DNA of 64,000 nt from positions 11,844,001 to 11,908,000 of the forward strand of contig CM119371.1 in NCBI GenBank assembly GCA_051294905.1, written 5' to 3'. Each line of letters begins with the position of its first letter. Positions within the stretch are counted from its first letter, which is position 1. Both the position numbers and the translations under genes were made by a program. Of the stretch, positions 1 through 11,200 are shown in pieces. Source of the DNA: Botryllus schlosseri (Eukaryota). A model generated the notes under the pieces. That model was not told where the DNA came from. It worked only from the letters and a program-made list of their open reading frames with translations, and searched no databases.

Positions 1-102
1 AATGCATCGGAAAAGTCTCAGCTTTTCCAAAAACGTAGTCCCCGATGTCTTTGGCGTGTCAACATGGAGAAATCGGTGTCGGAGACATGCCATATCATAT
101 AT

Positions 103-1486
103 CAGTGGTCGGGAACCTATGGCTCGCGAGCCATATATGGTTCTTTTGGGCATAAGATATGGCTCTTTGCGGAATTCCTATTTTTGTGCTTAATGTATCG
201 ATATTGCAGCAACTTGTTTTCAAATCTTCAGCACGACCAGTATCATTATTCTTGTGGCAGTATGAACAATAAACATGTCTTTGAGAGTTTAATACAGTGG
301 CGTATTCGGGGTTAGGGGTCCGGACCCCCTTTTCAAAAGTCCTCAAATTTAAGTTTCTGTCGCGCCGGCGTCCAATATCCGCCACGAAATCTTGGATTGC
401 ACGTTATGTTGATTGATCAAAGAGAGTAGGAGACGTTGTGGAACCTGTATCAGAAAGCAGTTTTCAAATTCACATTGTCTTCCTGATCTATTGCGAGAAA
501 TAAACTACCGTGGAAGTGACATTCACAATTACAAATTCAAATTATAAACAGCGACATAGGTATCCATGATCTTGATTGATAAACTAGCTTTGTAGTCGCT
601 GTTCAAATGTAAGCGTGTGGCGCAACGTTATGTTACCGCCGAAAACTTTTACAATTGAGAAGTCTAATCGGAATCAGTGCAACAATTACATTCGATTAAT
701 ATCAGTAATTATAAATTCTATGGTATTTACGATGAATTGCGCTGTCACAGGTAAGACACCGCCCTGTCGTGCCTCACCTATGCCATACCCCACCTTTCAC
801 GCTTTATTTTCAAACAATATATAGACAAGTTACACGATTTCGGTGGTAAAAATGTTCCAATTCTAGTGGACAGGTGATGCACAGCGTCCCCTGCCTCCCC
901 TCACCCCATCACTGACACATCAGACACATCAGTGGGTACTGATGCAGAGTGATCATGTTCGGCTTCGACTACGAATGGGTCCTCGCATTTAAGATTAGCA
1001 TCCAGACGAACATACGATCTCGTATGACCGAAGAAAGACTCAAATTTTGTATGAAGCTTAACCACGACAATTGTCAGCCAGACTATACAAAGTCATCAGG
1101 AGTGCCATGCAACACCAAAAGTCGCATTGACTGTAAAACCGCATGGTCTACGTCTGTATGAAATTGAAATGATTATTGTCTTAAGCTTCGAAAAATATCA
1201 TTTGCTCCTCAGTGCAATACAATTAGAAATAGCCTAGATAACTTGCAAAAGATCTATATAACTCAAGTGTTGCATACTCATTATTTAAATAAAATAAACA
1301 GTATGATTAGGACGAGAAAATAAGGTGCACGAATCCCATGTAGTGATTTCTAATTTGCGCTACCATGACGTCACGATTTTTAAACTGCGACGTAATAGTT
1401 CATTGACATGTATAGCTCTTTGGGAGTTCAAATGAAAAATATAGGGTTAATATGGCTCTTCGGACAAAAAAGGTTCCCGACCACTG
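103..1486 (+). mobile_element. Non-autonomous hAT-family DNA transposon with transposase C-terminal remnant
   Basis: TIRs CAGTGGTCGGGAACC / GGTTCCCGACCACTG; near-perfect 8-bp TSD tcatatat/ccatatat. ORF 949-1161 contains IQTNIRSRMTEERLKFCMKLN, resembling the hAT C-terminal dimerisation region. A related copy lies at 27851-28823. Confidence 0.85.
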
Positions 1487-1514
1487 CCATATATGATACA
1501 CCCACCTGATGTTC

Positions 1515-1808
1515 TGTGGTCGGGAACCTTTTTCGTCCGAAGAATCATATTGACCCTACATTTCCCATTTCAACTCATAAAGAGCCATACATGTCAACCA
1601 GCTATTACGTCACAATTGAAAAATCGTGACGTCATGGTCGCGCAAATTTGAAATCACTACATGGAATACGTCGTTTGCACCTATATTTCCTCTGTAAAAA
1701 CTGGTACTAACCATGCTGATTGTCTTATTTGAGTAATGAGTATGCGAGAATTGAGTAACATAGATATTTTGCAAGTTCTATATTTTCAAGTGTATTGCAC
1801 TTAGGGCA
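1515..1808 (-). mobile_element. Inverted partial copy of the right arm of the 103-1486 element
   Basis: Begins TGTGGTCGGGAACCTTTT and is the reverse complement of about 1205-1486. Confidence 0.7.
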
Positions 1809-2570
1809 CGGGCGGGCAACATACGGCCCGCGGGCCTGATCCAGCCCGCGATGGGATTTTGTCCGACCCGCGGACTGTTTCCCGTCTTGCATGATAATTT
1901 GGCCCGCGGCCCCAGTCTGCCGAGATTCCCCGCTATTTGCTTAAACGTCACATATTAGTGACTGCATGTTATTATATACGTGTGTACGCAGTCTGGGAGA
2001 GTAGAGCTTAAGCGTAAGTTCGTCGAAGCGAGGAGACTTGCATTATCGGCATTTACCATTTACTCAACCCTAATGAATTGGTATGTTGGTAAATTTTGGT
2101 ACCGGCTTATCGAGCGCATCGAAATCTTAATTAAGAATTGCCCCATAGTGTTACAATGAAACATTCGAGGATGATTTTGGGGGATTCCAGGGCCACGAGC
2201 GAAATAAAATTTATATTTTCGCAATCAGTACCGCGGTAGATCTCGATTGATACCTGTTTTATTAAATTTCGCGCTCGGCAAGCCTCTCATTATAGGACAC
2301 TATGATTGCACCGTGTGTTAATTGATGAGACAGAAGTAGACATGGCCGCGCCTGTATGACAATGACAATGCTTTTCTCAAATCCACATTGGCTTCGTCAT
2401 TATCGGCGAGAAATGGCTTTGAAGTGACATTGCTTTCGTTAAAATACATTCATTAAATACGATTTATTCCGTGTATATGTGGATAAATAGGCTAATAATG
2501 TATCGATTCAGCAATCCGGCCCGCCAAGTACCTAATTTTCCTATATCCGGCCCTCCGACTGGAGAAGTTG
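1805..2570. mobile_element. Degenerate Charlie/Buster-like hAT MITE
   Basis: GGGCAACATACGGCCCGCGGGCC left end and CCGGCCCTCC...AAGTTG right end, typical of GGCCCGC-subterminal hAT MITEs; no clear TSD. Confidence 0.5.
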
Positions 2571-3169
2571 TAGAAATTGTAGAAATTTCAATAAATTGCA
2601 GCTCCATTACGGTGGCGTTCTGAAGGGAATGGCCGCGGCCAAAAATTTTTGTTCGTTTTTACCTTCCATTTGAGACCACATCATTTTTAGAGCGCAGTGC
2701 CCCTTTAATGGGGCAATATCAGTAGCAAGTATATAGAAACCCGTTTGACACTCTGCTCAATATCAGCATAGCAATGCTCAGACGCCCAATACATTGCCCG
2801 GTCTGGCCTAGACCGTTAAGGCGTAAGCTTATACTCCCTTGCAAGTCGTCGTCGAAATAGTGGGCAAAGCGGCGGAAGATATTGATGTTATGCGATTATT
2901 ATATCATTTGATTGCTCCAGTTGATACACTTGGCGACGTTTCAAACGTCAATATGTACTTCAGCATTGTGGCATTAAGTGGCACGAGTCGTCCCTAGGTA
3001 TCGGGTACATTATTATAGGCTATCACTTCACTGCAATGTAGGGTTGGAATTGGCAATATGACGTCACGTGACGTCATGAGGTTCACGTTCGCGTTCACAC
3101 AGAACCTTTCAGAAAGGTTCGCGTTCGCACGAACCTGAACCTTTCAGAGGTTCACACAATCCCTAGTAT

Positions 3170-4550
3170 CCATATCAAACGAGAAACTTGAATCTGGAAT
3201 CTTCGATGGATCTCAGATTCGAATACGGACTAATGATTAGAATTTCATATTAAAAAAGGTGCTCACTGCATGGAATCCCTTCTAGGATGCAGTATTGGCA
3301 TCAAGTCACTACCTTCGAGTCACGAGTCATCTCGAGTCATTGCATATTTTCACTCGAGTCAAGTCAAGTCACCCGTTTTTTGGAGGTGACTCGGGTCAAG
3401 TCGAGTCAAGTCAAGTCAAGTCACGAGTCAAGTCACAATTAAAGTCAAATTGAATTTCGAAGTATGAGGGATGATTCAAAATCATTAAATTTTGCTACTC
3501 GCACAAGTGACACCGGCGTATCTTGAACAATCCCAACATACACAAGATACATTGATTTAATCAACACTGTTCACTGAATGACTTGAAATTGACTCGTAAA
3601 TGTTGCTCCGCGTCACGAGTCAATGCAGATTTCTGAAGCTCCGAGTCAAGTTAAGTCAAGTCATTTTTGCAAAGTGACTCGAGTCAAGTCAAGTCATACG
3701 AAAAAGTTGACTCGAGTCCGACGCGAGTCAAGTCATGACTCGAGTCACCTCAACACTGCTAGGATGTAGTAAATAAAACTTTTTGGAAAATCACAAAGCA
3801 CCCAACTACAAACAGTCCGCCAAAGGATTGGTATCTCCATATGTAAACTTTGGAGCAAACATGAGCATTAAATCTAACTTCCTGTTCAGTCATCTTGGCA
3901 TATTTTCTGATAATAAGCTTGATTATAGGGAAAAGAAACGGGAAAGGTTCCACCAATACGTCAAAGCAACGAAAGAAATATATCAGTGCAGATGCAGCGA
4001 ACATATTATAGGAGACTATTGCTGGAACTTTCCGAACGAAAGTGCTTACCACGGAAAATAGTACAAGAAACAATTTTGCTTTAAGATAAATTATTATTGT
4101 TATATTGCAACTGATTATTTTGAATTTAAAATAGGTGGTTGACATAAAACTGATTCAATTATTGCAATGTTATTTGAGTATTTAGGAATATACTTATATA
4201 CAGGATTGAAGTTTATTTATGTACTTGTACATGAAATCCGTGAAAGTCCCCAATTATCATAAATCTAATGCCCCGAATTATAATTCTGTTGCTGTATTTT
4301 GATTTAAAACAGTCTGGAGCGTGCCAAAATACCAATTCGATTGAATTTCTGAATTTTATAGTACGACTACGCCGATTTTTTATTTATTCCATACAGCGAA
4401 AATATGAGATTTTAGTCAAAATAGCCCCATGGATTATCTCCAAAATTAGAGCCAATTTGAAATAACCAAGGTCATATTCGGAATCATCGCCTCACAGAAC
4501 CGCCAAAACCATTATTACTTTATCTGCCTAAAAATATGTGTTGATCAGTG
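3170..4550 (+). mobile_element. Chapaev (CMC superfamily) transposase remnant and 3' end, interrupted by a MITE
   Basis: Degenerate KLESGIFDGSQIR...ENHKAPNY...GANMSIKSNFLFSHL...ERFHQYVK...IIGDYCW (ORF 3783-4061), matching the Chapaev3-type C-terminal motif MSIKxHFLHSHL...ERFHQDI...ADYCW; ends TGTTGATCAGTG at 4550. Confidence 0.65.
3290..3758 (+). mobile_element. hAT MITE rich in GAGTCA/CAAGT subterminal repeats
   Basis: CAGTATTG...CAACACTG termini; perfect 8-bp TSD ctaggatg (3282-3289, 3759-3766). Confidence 0.9.
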
Positions 4551-4719
4551 TTATCAAAGGAAAGATCGTTACGTATTTCAGTCATTGGTGTTATCACGGC
4601 ATATACACCGGCTCATGATATACATACACACGATCTGTGCATATGCATACCATAGTGCATGATGTGCATATGCTGCTGAACTAGGAAGGTATATCATGAC
4701 ATTGTAAGACTTTCTAGGT

Positions 4720-4876
4720 CTTGCACCAGCCCCCTCACCAACCATGCTATAGCAGTAATGCCGAGCGCCAAGCGCGATACCAGCGTTACTGATCAGATCT
4801 CTGGTTCGTACCGGCCGGGTATTGAACCCACGAACCCACGATCAACAATCAGGACGCTTCACCACTGCGCTATCTT
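4720..4876 (-). mobile_element. tRNA-derived SINE
   Basis: Minus-strand A box TAGCGCAGTGG (4862-4872) and B box GGTTCAATACC (4818-4828) followed by a non-tRNA body; second copy at about 63368-63507. Confidence 0.7.
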
Positions 4877-5366
4877 GTCGGCTAACTGCATTTGATAAAG
4901 CAGATACATAATTGGAACCACTACGGAAAGTGCATATCTATATTTCTGTAAAATTAATTGCTCCTGCGTGATAAAAACTGTTACGGGCATTGGCGCTTCT
5001 CTCTTTATCTCTGCCGCGCGGCGCTTCCCGGCCCTAATATTAAGTGCGTTTGATAAATCAGATGAATGAAACCATAATGCGTGAGCATCTTCAAATATAA
5101 TCGATTCGGCCAACATAAATTAGTTGCCTGTGTCATTACAAATATTACGCGATTGATTGGTGCGTCTCTCTTTATCTTTGCCGCTTCCGTACCGTCTGGC
5201 ACTTCCCGAACGGGTCCTGACGTCTGATATTTAATGGCATACAATGGAGCAGTCTTATCAATTCATCCGGCTCTTTACGCAAACAGACTTGAATCCGCAG
5301 GATGTCTATTCATCAGAAAGTGCTTTGCATTTCTGTTATCTACGGGTAATAACGTGACTACTATAC

Positions 5367-5374
5367 TATATAAA
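5367..5374 (+). promoter_or_regulatory. Putative TATA box of orphan gene copy 1
   Basis: TATATAAA about 290 bp upstream of the ATG, conserved in copy 2 (29766-29773). It is followed by a possible 5'UTR intron (GTGAGT at 5487, TTTCAG acceptor at 5609). Confidence 0.45.
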
Positions 5375-5656
5375 CCACCACTGGGATTACTCGCATTAGT
5401 TCTCGTAATTCCTGGTTATATACTTCGTGGAGAGAAATAGGGTATTAGGAACTACTAGACTTGCATGTAGAATGTAGATATGCAGAGTGAGTGAATACAT
5501 GTTATTCAGGCGTACCAATCCTACATTCAGATATCAATTTATTGAGAACCCCATTTAATCATTTATTGCAAGATCGCGGATTCAATAAGTATAATTTTTC
5601 TCATTTCAGTTTTATGAAATATATAATATTAGTCTCTCGGAAATAAAGAAAAAATA

Positions 5657-6458
5657 ATGAACGCTCAGAAAGAAACTCAAGTTGGCCCGGCGATATTTTG
5701 GCAAAAGTAAGAATGTATTTTGATTTTTTATATGAACTCAAAGGTAGGCCTACTTCTCTTCATCATCACCAATGGAACATGAGGGTTTCGAATAGTTCAA
5801 TTTTTTATAAGTACTATTTTATTGCAGCGGACTCATGCGGTTTGAGAACAGCGATTCGGAACGAGCTCTGGCTGAGTTGCTGAACAATTGGAGTCCGTTC
5901 GAAAAGTCAGTAACTACGACGAAGACTAAAACAGCACGTCCAAAATGTCGTGACCCGTACCTTGGAGCAATGAGAAAAAGAATCCAACAGGTACATATTT
6001 TCGTGTTCGACGCGTGAAGATTGACTCTGCTATAATTTTATACGTCCATATTTAACTATATACATTCAGTGAAATATTTCAGCTATTTACTTCACTGATT
6101 TACTATACTTAGCTTACAGGACTGTTCCTTTGTCGTATTTTATGCTAACATATGTGGTTCACATTTGCTCATACTGACCCTTCCCGACGTACTTGTTCAA
6201 TGGATCAGTCGATGCGGCTTTTACATGGCACAGGATTCCTATTTACACCACCAGTATGCTTCGCTACGTAACGCTAATTCCGATGCATTCTTTCCTTTTT
6301 AGAGAAAAGGGGCAAAGTACAGTAAAGATATTTACTCACCCGACCGACCGGACGAAGCGGTGATCAAGCACTTTGGCCAACGATATACCAAATCTCGTTT
6401 CGACGAAAAACTAGGGGCGATACCGATTGACTTCAACGACGATGACGAGTCTTCTTGA
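5657..6458 (+). CDS. Orphan 122-aa protein, copy 1 (3 coding exons)
   Basis: Exons 5657-5706, 5828-5990, 6303-6458 with GT-AG introns in consistent phases (2,0). Protein: MNAQKETQVGPAIFWQNGLMRFENSDSERALAELLNNWSPFEKSVTTTKTKTARPKCRDPYLGAMRKRIQQRKGAKYSKDIYSPDRPDEAVIKHFGQRYTKSRFDEKLGAIPIDFNDDDESS. AATAAA at 6565. Differences from copy 2 are enriched for synonymous changes. Confidence 0.8.
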
Positions 6459-7247
6459 AATATGGAGATGATATATGATCCTTCAAAAGCCACTGGCCAA
6501 TGACCACATTACATTTTTTGTGATGAACACTGTTTCCAATTTCATATTCTCAAGTATTTTTTTGAATAAAGTGATGAAGATAACTCGAATGCTAAGTAAT
6601 TTATAATATGCAAATTGCAAGAAATGCAAGACTGTCATAGGTAACTATATCAGGGCTGCTCAAACTATTTTCCTTGGCAACCCCATTTTAGAAGATAAAT
6701 TATTCCGTAGCTGACGTGAATTAAAATAAACCACTGCATTCATAGAAACATCGCAGGTGTATATTTCGCGCGGTTCGTGACGAAAAACGTTGTGATTTGA
6801 CATATTTTGTCGAATGTTAGTTTGCAATGAGAACTCAGGGATATATAGAACTATCGATCTACGGTATAATCATTAATCATGTGTCCTTACTACGCCATCT
6901 ACTGCGAAGCCATTTTTCTTCATGCGTTACCATACCGCCCCCCTGAGCCTAGCGCCCCCATATCGCCCCTGAGCGTTTCCGCCCGATTCAAAATCCAAAT
7001 CACCCCCAGGGAGCGCTGAAGACAAGGTTATGAACCACTGATGTAGCATATCCTGATTTTTGGAAAAAAAATGTTGGCCTGTGTTATAAATCCTGCCCCT
7101 CTCACGTCTCACGTGTTGAGAATTATTTTGACGAGGACAAGTCATCTATTTCAAGAGTGATAATGGAATTAGAATTCAATGACACGTCTTTGCTTCGCGA
7201 AATTTGCAAAGTCCTAAAGCTACGCCTATATATTGCTGAGTATAGAG

Positions 7248-7650
7248 CAGTGGTTCCCAAATCCCAACGTGGGCGATATCGCCCCCCAGTGGGCGATTTT
7301 GAGAAACAAGGGGGCGAAAATACCAAAAGGGGCGACTGGGGGACGAAAATGCTATCGCTTCAAGTTAGATAAATTCAATTAACACGATCAAAAAATGCAC
7401 GTGAAGTCGACTTATTCTGCATACGACGCGAAAAGGGTAAACTCAACGGAAAGTATAAGCGGAAAACGGTTTTCCGAGCATCTACCACCTCGGAAAATGA
7501 TTTTTTTTAGTAAATTCACGCGCGATGAGAGTTATGTGAATGGATTTCCCGATTATATGTCCTCTTTTTTGGATCCTTAAATATGGGGGCAGAAATTTGT
7601 GTCTAGATTGATAAGGGGACGACGAGTCGAAAAAAGGTTGGGAACCACTG
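7248..7650. mobile_element. hAT MITE predating the segmental duplication
   Basis: CAGTGGTTCCCAA / TTGGGAACCACTG TIRs, TSD gtatagag/gtatagaa; orthologous copy at about 31714-32116. Confidence 0.85.
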
Positions 7651-7689
7651 GTATAGAATCATATTGGCCTATCGTATATTAACTAAAGC

Positions 7690-8281
7690 CAGGGTTGTAT
7701 TGACTCGAGTCATGACTCGACTCGAGTCCGACTCGAGTCACGTTTTTCAGATGACTCGACTTGACTCGAGTCATTTTCTCAAAATCCAGAAATGACTCGA
7801 CTCGACTCGAGTCAATTTGTGTATTGACTCGACTTGGACTCGAGTCATTGCGCATGACTCGAACCAAGTCATATGACTCGGGACTCAGAAGGCCAAGACC
7901 GACGTTTCATTGTAATTTCGAGGAATAGTAAAGTAATCACACTATTGGGATTTCGTCTCATGGTACTGGTAGTTAAAAATGCGTCCCGAAACTGCTAAAA
8001 ATGAGGAAAATTAGTATAATATAAATTCGAACCATTCGATATCACCAAACAGAGTTATAAAAGTGGATTTAACAAGCCTTTAACTCGAAACTGGCAGTCA
8101 ACACAATGACTTGGACTCGACTCGAGTCATAATACCATGACTCGGACTCGACCCTCTGCTCAGTGACTTGGACTCGGACTTGACTAGATGGTGAATTGAA
8201 AATGACTCGACTTGACTCGACTTGACTATAAAACTGAGATTGACTTGTGACTCGGAGCCTTGTGACTTGGTTACAACCCTG
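7690..8281 (+). mobile_element. GACTCGA-rich hAT MITE, copy 1
   Basis: CAGGGTTGTA / TACAACCCTG TIRs, perfect TSD actaaagc; the paralogous site near 32148 is empty. Confidence 0.95.
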
Positions 8282-8932
8282 ACTAAAGCCCGCTTTGCCA
8301 TTTGTAATAACAGCAAACAATAACTTGATATTGCTAGTAAAAACCGAAGTCACATGTCTACAACCTAAGAAGGTTTTTTGTCGACGTATGTCCGCTGGTG
8401 ACGGATTGTTCGTGTCTCGAGGGAGAAGTTGCAGACTGCAAGCATATTTCCATTCTTATAGGTTAACATTGTATCCCTCAGGAAGACGTTCGATTTGAAA
8501 AGTTTCTAAGATTAAGTCGAAAGACTTTACATAATCTGATAACTAGCGCTCTCAGGAATCATGACAACGAAAAGAAATTTTCTGATTTGTTATTGCCTAT
8601 CACAGTTGCGACATTTGAAAAGGCGCAATAGGATGCTAAATATCTTTACCATTGCTGGAGAATGGTGCGAGTGCGAATGAAAAACGTTACATGCAAGGGG
8701 TACGATTCAGACATAAACAACCATAGCAACGATAATTTTGGGGTAGATATGATATATAGAAATTTGTCAGGGAGCAGGAGGTCGGTTTTGCTTTTGTGTA
8801 CCACGGGTGTATATTCACCAGAGGTGGTTAGTAACGAAGTACTTCTACTTTTTAAGTACTTGAAGTAGATTTTGCCTGCTCGCACTACTTATTAAGTAGT
8901 TTTGATTTTAGACTACTTCTACTTCTACTTGA

Positions 8933-9165
8933 CACGTCTCAGCAACCAACAATTCTCAACGAAGGACGCGGATCACGATCAGATCTGGAATTGGAATTGC
9001 GCTTCTTACAACGAAGGAGGCAGGTGGTACGGGGAGTGCCTGCACAGCAACCTGAACGGGAACTTTCACAAAACATACCAGAAGGGAATCTGGTGGGGGA
9101 GTGACGTGTACAACCGCCTGCGATTCTTCATCCGATCAAGACAATCAATGTACAATGCGATGTAA
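8933..9165 (+). pseudogene. Fibrinogen-related domain C-terminal fragment
   Basis: NQQFSTKDADHD...NCASYNEGGRWYGECLHSNLNG...KGIWW; paralogous to the last exon at 11201-11513 but on the opposite strand, 5'-truncated and flanked by MITE arms. Confidence 0.85.
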
Positions 9166-9689
9166 TGAACAGACAGGAGGATTCTGAAACTATATCTGGC
9201 CAGAGTCGGTCAAAGTAGTCAAGAAAGCTTCTCAAGTAGAAGTAGAAGTAGCAACGAAAAAAATCTACCCAAGTACGAGTAGAAGTACTTCTTCCATAAG
9301 CAACCTAAAATACTAGAAATAGAAGTAGAATTGACTTACTTTAAATCTACTCAAGTAAGTAAGTAAGTAGTTGTGAAAACGATCGTAATTCGTTCGCATG
9401 AATTACTACACTTGATTTGATACTTCAACATGTATGTTTTCGAGACAAAAGCACTGAAACTAATTAGAATTCGAAGTAATGATACTGCGAATTGAACGAG
9501 AAATACCAATACTACTTCAAAAAAGCGGACAATTTTGTTTGCGGTTCCACATGTTTTTTCTATCCTTTATTTGATGTCGTTTCTAGTGGAATCATATCGT
9601 AATTCGCTTTTTCTAATCATTGCAATTGTACGCTTATAGTCGATTTGATTGTTTGATTACTGTTAAATTGTCTTTTGGCTAGTGTGTGC

Positions 9690-10257
9690 CAGGGTTGTAA
9701 TGACTCGAGTCATGATTTTATGATGACTCGACTTGACTCGAGTCATTTTCTCAAAATACAGAAATGACTCGACCCGACTCGAGTCAATCTGTGTATTGAC
9801 TCGACTTGGACTCGAGTCATTGCGCATGACTCGAACCAAGTCATATGACTCGATACTCAGACGGCCAAGACCGACATTTCATTGTCATTTCGAAGAATAG
9901 TAAAGTAACCAAACTATTAGAATTTCCTCTATTGGTACCGGTACTTGACAATGCGACCAGAAACTGCTAAAAATTAGGAAAATTAGTATATTATAAATGC
10001 GAACCATTCGATATCACCAAATAGAGTTATAAAAAGTGGATTTAACAAGACTTTAACTGGAAACTGGTCAGTCAACTCAATGACTTGGACTTGACTCGAT
10101 TCATAATACCATGACTCGGACTTGAGCCTCTGCTCTCTGACTTGGACTCGGACTTGACTCGGTGGTGAACTGAGAATGACTCGACTTGACTCGAGTCAAA
10201 ACTATAAAAGTGAGATTGACTTGTGACTCGGAGCCTTGTGACTTGGTTACAACCCTG
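9690..10257 (+). mobile_element. GACTCGA-rich hAT MITE, copy 2
   Basis: Same TIRs as 7690-8281; perfect TSD gtgtgtgc. Confidence 0.95.
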
Positions 10258-11200
10258 GTGTGTGCTAAAAATTGTCCTCGTTACTGTTGTCTCGCTCTTC
10301 ATTCCATCGAGCAACGGACGAGCAAACATTGTTGCGAATCTCGCTTGCATTCTTAGTAGTCTCAAATAAAAACCTAAGCTATCATTACTTATTTTTCGAT
10401 TTTGGTTGCTTGATTTTGACTGAATACAAGACTGATACGCATTGTTTACAGAGTCCAAAAGCTGAGCAGACAGGATTCGACGCCTGAAGAATGTGCACTC
10501 ATTGACATTGGAGTTTATCAAGACAGTTTTACGCTGGTCTGCTGAAACAGGTCTAACGCTCAAAAACGTCGGAGCCCACTTTTTCAGATTTGAACACGCC
10601 ATGGGCTGCTAGATTACAATATGATGGGTAAATGCAAGCTTGCTCTAGTTGGTTTCAAAGCTTGCTCTAGTTGGTTTAAATTCTTTGCATTTCAACTACA
10701 GGACCATTCTATGCATGGCGCTGGTAACATAGAAAAATCAACACTAAACGACCATGCACTTTGCCAATCTTGAAAAATTTCACTCGCTTTGTTGCACAAG
10801 TTAGCTCGAAATATTTAGCTGTCTGCTCGAGAATATTTAGTGATTCTCTGCTGAGAGCGTGGCCCGTAATCACACATCAAGAATGAAGGTCGAGCTACAA
10901 ATCTTGAAAAAAATCAAGTTTTTGAAGAAATATCAATTTATGCTCGGCCCTATCTCGGACAAAGCAAAGCGACGGAAGTTATTTGATTTTATGGGATTTT
11001 TATAGCATTTGATTGGTGTGGTACCGCGAGATGGTGCTATGCGGCGTTGATACTTTGTCCTCTTTTCGTAACCTTATGCAAATCGATCACCGCGAGAGGG
11101 CGCTATAAAATTCCAATCCACGCATTCAGACGTCGCGTGACTTCACGTTCACCAGAGAATAAGGACCCTTTGAAAGTGTGACGTCACATGCGTGCAAGAG

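Larger units (their letters stand above)
4885..8818 (+). repeat. Segmental duplication block A (paralogous to 26665-32692 and, partially, 63368-64000)
   Basis: Colinear high-identity match across non-coding DNA, introns and shared MITEs; the copies differ by copy-specific TE insertions. Confidence 0.92.

Noticed and set aside
103..1486. Extending the segmental duplication to pair 103-1486 with 27851-28823
   Set aside because: Different TSDs and flanks show these are independent insertions of the same hAT family.
4810..4876. Possible tRNA gene on the minus strand
   Set aside because: A and B boxes are present, but there is no convincing cloverleaf and the sequence continues into a repeated body, so it is better explained as a SINE.
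7690..8281. Dense GACTCGA/GACTT repeats resembling a CRISPR-like or regulatory array, and their ORFs (7679-7867, 8069-8353, 10072-10602, 13854-14072, 14200-14532)
   Set aside because: No constant repeat/unique spacer periodicity. The repeats are bounded by TIRs and 8-bp TSDs, so they are MITE subterminal repeats and the ORFs are low-complexity artefacts.
8819..9372. Pack-type transposon that captured a fibrinogen exon
   Set aside because: The two element ends point the same way and no enclosing TIR pair or TSD was found; an inversion explains the pattern better.
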